A stretch of DNA of 64,000 nt from a virus: positions 1 through 64,000 of the IMG/VR virus record IMGVR_UViG_3300042991_000159; one strand, written 5' to 3'. The notes beneath the pieces were generated by a model that ran no database searches, was not told the DNA's origin, and saw only the letters and a list, made by a program, of their open reading frames with translations. The translations under genes were made by a program, and so were the position numbers. Shown here piece after piece: positions 17,374-25,400 of the stretch (positions within the stretch are counted from its first letter, which is position 1; the number at the start of each line of letters is the position of its first letter).

Positions 17374-17444
17374 GGTTCTATGTCCGAGTGGCTAGGTCAC
17401 TGTCTGCAAAACAGTTTACACTGGTTCGAGTCCAGTTAGAACCT
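17374..17444 (+). tRNA. tRNA-Cys(GCA)
   Basis: ACTGT-CT GCA AA-ACAGT; U73 discriminator. Confidence 0.95.
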
Positions 17445-17463
17445 CTAACTAAAAATAAGAAAT

Positions 17464-17682
17464 ATGAATTTATACATGGTAGAATTTGACACTACAACTT
17501 ATATAGTCGTGGCAAAAGATGAAGAAGATTTACTTGATCTCTTACACAAAAGAGATTCTGGTTTCCAAAAAGAAGTAGATAGAGGTATTGTTTATATGTG
17601 GGATTTAAGAACTATAGACCCTGTTGAAGTAACTGTTATAAACCAAGATAAACCAAAAATAGTATTTGTCGTATCCCATTAA
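17464..17682 (+). CDS. Hypothetical protein
   Basis: ORF between tRNAs. Confidence 0.65.
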   Translation: MNLYMVEFDTTTYIVVAKDEEDLLDLLHKRDSGFQKEVDRGIVYMWDLRTIDPVEVTVINQDKPKIVFVVSH

Positions 17683-17688
17683 AGTATT

Positions 17689-17772
17689 GGAAGTAATCTG
17701 GCTGGATGAAGGACTGCTCTTGAAAAGCAGTAATACAGTGATGTATTGTGGGTTCGAGTCCTACTGCTTCCG
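17689..17772 (+). tRNA. tRNA-Ser(TGA)
   Basis: Long variable arm, G73; CTGCT-CT TGA AA-AGCAG. Confidence 0.9.
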
Positions 17773-17777
17773 CATAT

Positions 17778-17854
17778 GCATCTGTAGCTCAGTTGGACAG
17801 AGCAACGCCCTTCTAAGGCGTGGGTCAACCGTTCGAATCGGTTCAGGTGTACCA
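17778..17854 (+). tRNA. tRNA-Arg(TCT), encoded CCA
   Basis: ACGCC-CT TCT AA-GGCGT. Confidence 0.95.
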
Positions 17855-17856
17855 CT

Positions 17857-17940
17857 GGAAGTATTCTCCTAAATGGTAAAGGTCCACCCTGCTAAGGTGG
17901 TGTCATTCGTGGCATATAGGTTCGATTCCTGTTACTTCCG
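17857..17940 (+). tRNA. tRNA-Ser(GCT)
   Basis: Long variable arm; CCACC-CT GCT AA-GGTGG; atypical D arm. Confidence 0.9.
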
Positions 17941-17972
17941 CTAACTAAATTATTAATTTAAGAGAGAAAAAA

Positions 17973-18662
17973 ATGAAAACATCAGTAAACATGATTCGTA
18001 AGATAGGTATGTTCGAAATCGAACAACGAACTTTCGATGGATATTTTGAAGCAAATATGTTACTTCAACAATGGAATAGAGTTAAACAGAATACACCAAA
18101 AAAAATAGTTGAATTTCTAAGAAATGAAAAAACAATTGAGTTTATTAAACAAATTAAGAAAGAAGAAGGTATTTATAACTCATTGATACACAGTAGGGGA
18201 GAAAAATCACCAACTGATAATCAAGTAGTTATAATAATCAAAGGAAGAAGAACAAAAAAAGGTCCAACACCAGATCGTGTATTTATGCATCCTTATTTAT
18301 TTGTTGATTTTGCAATGTGGTTAAATCCTAAATTCAAATATCATGTAATTAAATTTGTTTACGATTCGTTAATGGATTATAGAAATAATGCAGGAGATTT
18401 ATATAAAGGACTTTCTCAATCTGTCAGTACACTTACAAATATAAGTTACGCTAGAGTAGGCAAAGGTTTGAATTTCATTGTATTTGGTGAGCATAAAAAA
18501 GGAATTCGTAATACTGGAACAGTTGAACAATTACAGGAACTTAACGATATTCAAAAACAATTAGCGTTTAGTATTGAAATGGGACTTATCACTTCTTTTA
18601 AAGAATTAATGGATACCATGATAAAAATATATAGAAAAAAGCAAAAATTTAATTTATTTTGA
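17973..18662 (+). CDS. KilA-N domain DNA-binding protein
   Basis: QRTFDGYFEAN.LL and MHPYLFVDFAMWLNPKF motifs. Confidence 0.85.
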   Translation: MKTSVNMIRKIGMFEIEQRTFDGYFEANMLLQQWNRVKQNTPKKIVEFLRNEKTIEFIKQIKKEEGIYNSLIHSRGEKSPTDNQVVIIIKGRRTKKGPTPDRVFMHPYLFVDFAMWLNPKFKYHVIKFVYDSLMDYRNNAGDLYKGLSQSVSTLTNISYARVGKGLNFIVFGEHKKGIRNTGTVEQLQELNDIQKQLAFSIEMGLITSFKELMDTMIKIYRKKQKFNLF

Positions 18663-18670
18663 TAACTTTG
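18663..18670 (+). promoter_or_regulatory. Bacteroidota-type -7 promoter element P3 for tRNA block 3
   Basis: TAACTTTG matches TAnnTTTG; no clear -33 element. Confidence 0.55.
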
Positions 18671-18692
18671 TCTTATAATATTTCAAACTTTA

Positions 18693-18797
18693 ATGATCAT
18701 GGCAAAGAAATCAGGTAATAAATCGGCTCCCAAAGATAAAGGAATGGGACAAGGTAAAAAAGGTTCTGGTAAAAAAGGATCATGCAAAAGAAAATAA
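18693..18797 (+). CDS. 34-aa Lys/Gly-rich basic peptide
   Basis: MIMAKKSGNKSAPKDKGMGQGKKGSGKKGSCKRK; stop is 1 nt before leader 3. Confidence 0.6.
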   Translation: MIMAKKSGNKSAPKDKGMGQGKKGSGKKGSCKRK

Positions 18798-18798
18798 A

Positions 18799-18879
18799 AT
18801 GATGAAAACATTAGTTATTAATATATGGAACCAAATTGATGTGGATCAGGCGATCTACAATCAGGGAACTATGTATTAA
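18799..18879 (+). CDS. Attenuator leader peptide 3, MMKTLVINIWNQIDVDQAIYNQGTMY
   Basis: Translated by hand; the 14-codon run VINIWNQIDVDQAI matches all eight downstream tRNAs. Confidence 0.85.
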   Translation: MMKTLVINIWNQIDVDQAIYNQGTMY

Positions 18880-18906
18880 AAAAACCTTTTGAACTATTCA
18901 ACATAG

Positions 18907-18938
18907 AACCCTGATTCCCCTAAGAGTCAGGGTTTTTT
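18907..18938 (+). terminator. Attenuator terminator 3
   Basis: 11-bp stem AACCCTGATTC/GAGTCAGGGTT plus T tract, ending 3 nt before tRNA-Val. Confidence 0.9.
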
Positions 18939-18941
18939 ATT

Positions 18942-19016
18942 GCTTCTTTAACTCAGTTGGTTCAGAGTGCAATTTTTACAAGATTGAAGTCGGTGGTTCG
19001 AATCCATCAAGAAGCA
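18942..19016 (+). tRNA. tRNA-Val(TAC)
   Basis: CAATT-TT TAC AA-GATTG. Confidence 0.9.
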
Positions 19017-19094
19017 CTATCGCATAGAGGTTTGCATGATGTGGAGTCTTCCTCTCGTTAAACAAAAAAATGGTTACAGGGATGTGGCCGCCAC

Positions 19095-19167
19095 GGGGAT
19101 TTAGCTCAGTTGGAAGAGCACTTGATTTGCACTCAAGAGGTCATCGGTTCGACTCCGTTAATCTCCA
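19095..19167 (+). tRNA. tRNA-Ala(TGC)
   Basis: G3:U70 identity pair; CTTGA-TT TGC AC-TCAAG. Confidence 0.95.
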
Positions 19168-19212
19168 CTAAGTAATGTTCATTGACGTATTGTTTAATTA
19201 AAATTATTTTAT

Positions 19213-19626
19213 ATGGTAGAAAAATTAAAAGTCTACACTGCTGGTGGATTTCATGGTGATTGGAGAGAACGAATAAACAAAATTCTTGCAGAGAAATTTA
19301 TTGTTCTTGATCCTTTCAGTAAGGAATTTGATTCTTCTAAAGGTGAACGTAAACATTTATCATATGAGGAATATACAGTTTGGGATTTATGGGCAATTAG
19401 AACAGCAGATATAGTATTTGTATACTCTCAACGTACTAATCCCGGTCAAGGTTATATAGTTGAAGCTGGATATGCTAAAGGACTTGGTAAAACTGTTATT
19501 CTTGTAAGAGAAGAAAACAATGAACATATGCCTGACAAATATCTGAATTTTATTGATTGTGTAGCAGATTTTGTTTGCCACGATTTCAATGAAGGTGTTG
19601 AGTTTCTTACCAGACTTTCACTTTAA
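19213..19626 (+). CDS. Nucleoside 2-deoxyribosyltransferase-like protein
   Basis: VYTAGG, DLWAIRTADIV and G...EAGYAKGLGK motifs. Confidence 0.8.
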   Translation: MVEKLKVYTAGGFHGDWRERINKILAEKFIVLDPFSKEFDSSKGERKHLSYEEYTVWDLWAIRTADIVFVYSQRTNPGQGYIVEAGYAKGLGKTVILVREENNEHMPDKYLNFIDCVADFVCHDFNEGVEFLTRLSL

Positions 19627-19634
19627 AAGAATAA

Positions 19635-19708
19635 TGCCTTGTAGCTCAGTCGGTTAGAGCAGTGGACTGTTAATCCAAAGGTCGTAAGTTCAAGTCTTAC
19701 CGAGGCAG
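19635..19708 (+). tRNA. tRNA-Asn(GTT)
   Basis: GTGGA-CT GTT AA-TCCAA; G73. Confidence 0.95.
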
Positions 19709-19710
19709 CT

Positions 19711-19827
19711 ACTCTCTATATCTCGGATCACGCCCTGAAATGGGAACCGTGGCTGGTATCCACTATAAACTACTACCGGAACAAGTGATTGGATAACTTT
19801 ACGTTTGCGGGATTTGATATAGAGAGT
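19711..19827 (+). ncRNA. Unidentified structured RNA (about 117 nt)
   Basis: 12-bp closing stem ACTCTCTATATC/GATATAGAGAGT; exactly fills the spacer between two tRNAs. Confidence 0.55.
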
Positions 19828-19832
19828 TTTAT

Positions 19833-19906
19833 TGACCCTTAGCACAGATGGTTAGTGCAATTCGCTCATAACGAAAAGGTCGTGTGTTCGATTCACACAG
19901 GGTCAA
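19833..19906 (+). tRNA. tRNA with CAT anticodon (Ile2/lysidine-type or elongator Met)
   Basis: ATTCG-CT CAT AA-CGAAA; paired 1:72. Confidence 0.9.
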
Positions 19907-19951
19907 CAATTTTTCGTATCTTGTAAGCTTAACCAAGTAAAATTTTAAATC

Positions 19952-20755
19952 ATGTGTTTTAAAAACTTATTTAATAGACCTGAGAAACCAGAATTACATC
20001 CTGCAAGACGAGCATTATTATTTGGAATAAACGATTATCCCGGTAGTAGCAGTGATCTAAATGGTTGCGTTAACGATGTTTATGACGTTAAAGAAAAATT
20101 AGATTCTCTTTATCCAGATTTTGTAACAAAAATGTTTACGGATGTAAATGCTACAATATCTACTTTTGAATACGAACTTGCAAAAGAAATTGAAAAACTT
20201 CAAGCAGGAGATGTTTTATTAGTTCATTATTCTGGTCACGGTACTTATGTAACTGATAAGAGTGGTGATGAAGAGGATGGATACGATGAAGCTCTTTATC
20301 TTTATGACGGACCATTAATTGACGATGATATTCGTGGTATGCTAGAAGGTATTCCAGATGGTGCAACGGTAGTACTCATATTTGATTGCTGTTATTCTGG
20401 TACAATTAGCAGATCGGTGTTACCCAAGATAGAAAAAAACCGATTTTACCCAAATCCTGTTAGTAAAAAAAGTACTGGTTCTTTAAAAATAAGAAACAGA
20501 TTTGCGAAAGGTGATAATATGAGATGGATAACATTCTCAGGGTCAGATGAACATCAGACAAGTGCAGATGCTTATATTGATGGAAAATATAATGGAGCAT
20601 TTACATATTTCTTATTAAAATATCTTAAACCGGGAATTACTTATAAACAATGGGCAAACTATGTAAGCGAAGCCTTTGAAAATTCTCGTTTTGAACAAAG
20701 ACCTCAAATAGAAGGACCGGAAGGATTATTAAATAACTTAATATTTTACATTTAA
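19952..20755 (+). CDS. Caspase-like cysteine protease (peptidase C14, metacaspase-type)
   Basis: ALLFGINDY, LNGCVND, HYSGHG and FDCCYSG dyad motifs, QTSADA, GAFT, QRPQ. Confidence 0.92.
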   Translation: MCFKNLFNRPEKPELHPARRALLFGINDYPGSSSDLNGCVNDVYDVKEKLDSLYPDFVTKMFTDVNATISTFEYELAKEIEKLQAGDVLLVHYSGHGTYVTDKSGDEEDGYDEALYLYDGPLIDDDIRGMLEGIPDGATVVLIFDCCYSGTISRSVLPKIEKNRFYPNPVSKKSTGSLKIRNRFAKGDNMRWITFSGSDEHQTSADAYIDGKYNGAFTYFLLKYLKPGITYKQWANYVSEAFENSRFEQRPQIEGPEGLLNNLIFYI

Positions 20756-20764
20756 TATAATATT

Positions 20765-21217
20765 ATGAGAATAATAAAAAGAATTGATCCTTTTTTAAAG
20801 AATGTAGATATAGATAAACTACTTTCAAAATGGTTTCCAGAAATGGAAGAGGATAAAAAAAGAAACATTAAGAGTGAAATATTTAAAAATATTCATTCGA
20901 TTAGAACATTTTGGTATGATAATCCTGATCTTAGATTTTCTCAAGTGCTAATTAATAGTAATTTGATTCCTAATTATCCTGGGATGTGGTACTACTATGA
21001 AGAAGATGAAATCCTTATAGATCAAGGACATGAACTAAGAGATATACTCTTTTGGGGAAGAAATTACAATAAGGAAATGGAACGTCTTCCAAGGACAGAA
21101 TGGATTTTAATCAAGGACATGAGTACTGATCATATTCAGGCTGTCTTAGACGGTGAATTTACCACACACTCAGATTATTTAAAAGCATTTAATGACGAAT
21201 TAGAAAGAAGAAAATAA
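20765..21217 (+). CDS. Hypothetical phage protein
   Basis: W..NPDLRFSQ and IKDMSTDHI motifs recur in phage hypotheticals. Confidence 0.7.
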   Translation: MRIIKRIDPFLKNVDIDKLLSKWFPEMEEDKKRNIKSEIFKNIHSIRTFWYDNPDLRFSQVLINSNLIPNYPGMWYYYEEDEILIDQGHELRDILFWGRNYNKEMERLPRTEWILIKDMSTDHIQAVLDGEFTTHSDYLKAFNDELERRK

Positions 21218-21224
21218 TAATTAC

Positions 21225-21297
21225 TGGTGTGTAGTTCAGTTGGTAGAATAGTGCTCTCCAAAAGCAAAGGTCGGGAGTTCGAGTCTCTCCATGCCAG
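21225..21297 (+). tRNA. tRNA-Trp(CCA)
   Basis: GTGCT-CT CCA AA-AGCAA. Confidence 0.95.
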
Positions 21298-21304
21298 CAA
21301 ATAT

Positions 21305-21377
21305 AGCCTCTAGGTCAAACGGTTAAGATGTCAGCCTGTCACGCTGTACGGAGCGGGTTCAACTCCCGTAGGGGCTG
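21305..21377 (+). tRNA. tRNA-Asp(GTC)
   Basis: TCAGC-CT GTC AC-GCTGT; G73. Confidence 0.9.
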
Positions 21378-21429
21378 CTATATTTAAAAACATATAATTA
21401 GCATCAAATATGTTATTTTATATGCAAAT

Positions 21430-21503
21430 GCTCATGTAACTCAGTTGGTTAGAGAGCCTCTCTGATAAGGAGGAAGTCGGTAGTTCAAATCTATCCATGA
21501 GCA
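21430..21503 (+). tRNA. tRNA-Ile(GAT)
   Basis: CCTCT-CT GAT AA-GGAGG. Confidence 0.95.
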
Positions 21504-21517
21504 CTATTTAAAAAGTA

Positions 21518-21583
21518 AAGGGAAGATCGGTCCGATTCCGAAGCAGAGTAATCTGTACTAGTGTAATGGCTATGCACACCCTT
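21518..21583 (+). ncRNA. Circularly permuted tRNA-like element (T arm, capped acceptor stem, D arm)
   Basis: AAGGG, TCGG-TCCGATT-CCGA, GCAGA-GTAA-TCTGT, TA-GTGT-AATGGCTAT-GCAC-A, CCCTT. Confidence 0.55.
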
Positions 21584-21588
21584 GTCAT

Positions 21589-21662
21589 TGACTCATGGTG
21601 TAACAGGTTAACACGTGGCACTTTGGATGCTAAGAGTCTCCGTTCGAGTCGGAGTGAGTCAA
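21589..21662 (+). tRNA. tRNA-Gln(TTG)
   Basis: U1:A72; TGGCA-CT TTG GA-TGCTA. Confidence 0.95.
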
Positions 21663-21686
21663 CTATATTAACTAAAAACAAAATGT

Positions 21687-22214
21687 ATGAAAGTATTACG
21701 TCTTATTTTGACGAGAAAATGTAATCGTAGTTGTGAGAGATGTTGCAACAAACAAGACGCTTTTGTTGAAAACCGTGTTCCTAATATTCTTGAACTTGGT
21801 TATAATTTTAGTGATTTTGATACAATTATTCTTACAGGTGGTGAACCATTGCTTGAATTTGACTCTCTTAAATTAACGATAGCTTTAATTAGAAAAGTTA
21901 GTCCAGATTCAAAGATTATTGTGTACACAGCGAATGTTCAAATGAAAGATGAAATCATTGAACTACTATATCTTGTAGATGGAATTACTGTAACAGTACA
22001 CGAACAAGAAGATGTTGATGATTTTAATCGCCTAAACTTTTGGATGCTTCGATTGAAGCGTTACAAAATAGATAATAATAAAACTTTGCGACTTAATATA
22101 TTTAAAGGTGTTAAAATATATATGCAAAACTCAAGTCTCTGGAAGATAAAAGATAACATAGAATGGATCGAAGATTGTCCATTGCCAGAGAACGAAATAA
22201 TTGCACAATATTAA
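21687..22214 (+). CDS. Minimal radical SAM protein
   Basis: CNRSCERC (CxxxCxxC) and LTGGEP. Confidence 0.85.
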   Translation: MKVLRLILTRKCNRSCERCCNKQDAFVENRVPNILELGYNFSDFDTIILTGGEPLLEFDSLKLTIALIRKVSPDSKIIVYTANVQMKDEIIELLYLVDGITVTVHEQEDVDDFNRLNFWMLRLKRYKIDNNKTLRLNIFKGVKIYMQNSSLWKIKDNIEWIEDCPLPENEIIAQY

Positions 22215-22222
22215 CATTTTTA

Positions 22223-22253
22223 TTGTGTATATTAATTTAAAGTGTTAGATTTG
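22223..22253 (+). promoter_or_regulatory. Bacteroidota-type promoter for the last tRNA
   Basis: TTG (22223-22225), 20-nt spacer, TAGATTTG (22246-22253). Confidence 0.6.
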
Positions 22254-22264
22254 TTAATGTATAT

Positions 22265-22338
22265 TGCGAGTTGGCGCAGATGGTCAGCGCACAAGATTCA
22301 TGATCTTGGGGTCACGGGTTCGAGTCCCGTACTCGCTA
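22265..22338 (+). tRNA. tRNA-Met(CAT), initiator-like
   Basis: T1.T72 mismatch, TGCGAG acceptor; CAAGA-TT CAT GA-TCTTG. Confidence 0.9.
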
Positions 22339-22417
22339 CAAAACTTATTATTTGGTTCATAGCAATAATGTTTTAGGTTAGTGATTATTTGGTTAAGTGA
22401 GAGTAGTGAGAATGAAG

Positions 22418-22445
22418 AAGGAGAGCTGGTTGGCTCTCCTTTTTT
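22418..22445. terminator. Terminator between convergent transcription units
   Basis: AAGGAGAGCT/GGCTCTCCTT stem plus T tract. Confidence 0.85.
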
Positions 22446-22473
22446 ATTTCCCTTACGAAAAAATTTACCGTTA

Positions 22474-25400
22474 TTATTTCTTGTAAACTTGATCAGCAGC
22501 ACTTTGTAATTTTTGATACTGAACCGGTCCCGGTATAAGTTTCTGGATGTCTCTCCAAGTACGACTCTTACCTTTGCTCGGACCACTCTGAAGTATATCT
22601 CCTTCTGCTCCTTCTGTAATCAGAGTCATAGCAGAATCTATAGCTTTAGCAGCATCTACTACAACTGAGAAAGCAGGAATAGCATTACGTGCAAGACGTT
22701 CAAATTCAATTGGATTGATATAGAATTGTACATCAGTAGCGAGTCTTCCTATTTGATTAATCATGAATATGTAAGCCATCTTCTTTTTTGAATTTTTATC
22801 ATCATCATCGTCTACTGCTGCTTTCAGAGCAAGTGTTAGACCTGTAAGTAATAGGAATATAAAAATTTCAGTCATGTTTTTACGCATATTAGCAGCATCG
22901 GTTTCAGTAAAACCTTCACCTATTAAATCATCAAATTTTGTATTAAATCCTACAAGTTTACGTAAAAGTTGATACGTAAGATTAAATGTACTACTTATTG
23001 CATTCATATTATTTTCAGCAGTATAATAAGCAACATAACTACGATAACGACCTTTTCTATTAAGAAAATTTTCACCTGTTTTTTGATTAATCAGTTGATA
23101 ATCATCAAATTCAGCACGAAATCTTTCTGCAAATCCCTGATAAGCCCATGTACGAAATTGACTCAAAGCACGACCAATAAATTTACGTTTTACAAGTAGA
23201 GGAGAATCAGGATCATAGTTACCATGATTCATTTTAACAAGTTTATCAATACGTCGTTTAAGTTCAAAAATTTTCTTTTCATCAATAGTAACTCCGTCTT
23301 TAAGGTTGCCGTCGGTTTCATAGGCATCCCATAAACTAATTTCTTTACCGTCTGCTGTTGTAACTTTTTCTTCCATCATCATAGCAATCATCACAGGAGC
23401 CTGATTAAAGTATTCCGAACGTGATTGCGGAGAAAAAGGATTAGCCCATTCAAGCCCTTTACCTACTCTCTTGAACATACTTGGTGTAGTGTCTTTATAT
23501 ATTTCATTACGTGCCTCTTTAAGAGTATCAAACTTGTTCATAAGTTCTCTAATCTTTTTTGCATTACCGTTAAGACCGTTCCATGTATTAAATGAGTAGT
23601 TACGTCCAACAGAATTTAATACAAGAGCTTGAGCCTTCCAAAAATTCTTACTTGAGTAATTACGTCCGTCTGAAGCTTCTATTACGTTAGACATAATACC
23701 AAATCCCATATTAGCAAAAGCAGCAAAAACGTTCCAACCCATACCTTTAAGTTGGATATATTTAAGAAGAATATCACCATATTTAGATGCAATTTTTACA
23801 CCACCCAGTACGTCGAGTTGTTCTCGAACAACTTCAGACCTAGCATCGTAAGTATCTTGATCTATTTTTTCTTTCTCTAAAAGACTGTCAAGTTCTTTTA
23901 AACTATTTTCTAAGAGCGTTTTGAGTTCCTTCTCTTTCTCAGTAAGAATCTTTTTCTTGCTTGCACCTTCTGGTCTATTAGAGGGATAATGCCAATAAGC
24001 TACTTCCATAAAGTTGTCAAGCATTTTTCTTAAATTTTCTAATCCTTTTTCAGTAATTAGATTTTTGTGTTTATCTCTAACATCTTGACCAGAAGCGTTT
24101 GTTCTTTTTTCAAGACCACGACGAATAATATCATCTGCAATACGCATTTGATCTTCGATAGCTGCACGATGATTATATCCAATAGCCATAGCAGAAAAAG
24201 CCTTCATAATACGTCCAAGATCAAAAGATTTTTCTTGAGCGAGTTCATTCAAGTAATCTTTTCTCCATTTATCTACAAGCTCTGTATCAGGACTTTTACC
24301 GTTATTCTCAGCTCTATAACTTGTATCTTTTAATTCAAGATAGTTTTTTAATTTTTGACGATTATTTGTGAGATGCTGGAATTGAAAATCTTTTCTATCT
24401 TCGGGAGTAGCAGTTGTTCCAAGATCATCTGCTCTAACTGCTTTTCTGAGATCATCTTTACTTTTACTAAATCCTGCTAATAGACCGTTTTCTGTTATTA
24501 CTTCAGATAGTTTTTGATCTAAAATAGGAATAGAGTTCATCTGCATAAAAGATATTTTTTCGTGAGGAAGATATAGTTTCATGATTTTCATCAGATCAAA
24601 CATAAAATTATATAATTCCAAATAACTCTTATTGTTTTGAATTTGTTGGAATTTCTGATCATGAAATCCTGTATCTTCTCCATCAGCAATTTTTTTAGGA
24701 ACAGAACGTACATACTTATTAGTAGGATTAATATGAAGTCCATTAGGTCTTACATTATCAAATCCTTTTTCCATAGCTTCTGCATACAAGAAAGGAGAAT
24801 TTCTTATTTCCCATCCTTCAATATAACTTTCTATAATAGCTACATTTTCTCCATATTCACCTTCCGCTATTTTTCTACGTGATTCTCTATCAATCTTATA
24901 ATCTCTAATTTTCTTTTCATTAATATCATAATATTCTTTATAACCGTCTTCTCCAAGTAATTCTTTTAGTTCGGCTATATGAACCTCTTTTTGTGCTTGA
25001 GTAGGTTCAGGAGCATTAGTAAGTTCTGCATCCCAGAATAGAATACGTGGGTCGAATACAGTAGTAAATTTTTGCTGTTCCCCCATAAATTTTCTATTAG
25101 CCCTTTTAATTATTTCAAAAGCAGCTCTATCATCTGTTTGTTTATAAGCAGAAGCAAAAGCACGATCTCTTTCATTTCTTATTTTGGATTGCCAATCAAA
25201 AAATGATTGAGTCCAACGAAACACCATTTCTCCTGTTAAGCGTGAATCATCATTACTTTGAGTCTGCCTAAAAATATCAAAGTTTTTTAAACCGGTAGCT
25301 TTTATAAGACTATCTAATTTAGCAAACACTTGGTCTGTTTCTAATTTAGCAGCATAATTTGCATCTTTCACCCAAGCGTGCATTGCTTGGAGAAGAATAT

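Noticed and set aside
15400-17772. tRNAs with TAG and TGA anticodons as stop-codon suppressors (recoded crAss-like phage)
   Set aside because: Those anticodons read CTA (Leu) and TCA (Ser). No CTA or TCA anticodon was found, and the giant ORFs are intact in the standard code.
12633-18938. T-box riboswitch explanation for the terminators upstream of tRNAs
   Set aside because: No GGTGGNACC T-box sequence or stem I is visible; the codon-matched ORFs fit ribosome-mediated attenuation better.
19026-19072. preQ1-I-like AGAGG...CCTCT plus A-rich tail
   Set aside because: The loop is too long and lacks the conserved ligand-binding sequence; no queuosine genes follow.
15406-22586. ORF-track calls 15406-15612, 17292-17489, 17666-17872 and 22284-22586
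   Set aside because: They overlap clear tRNA genes and are shadow ORFs.
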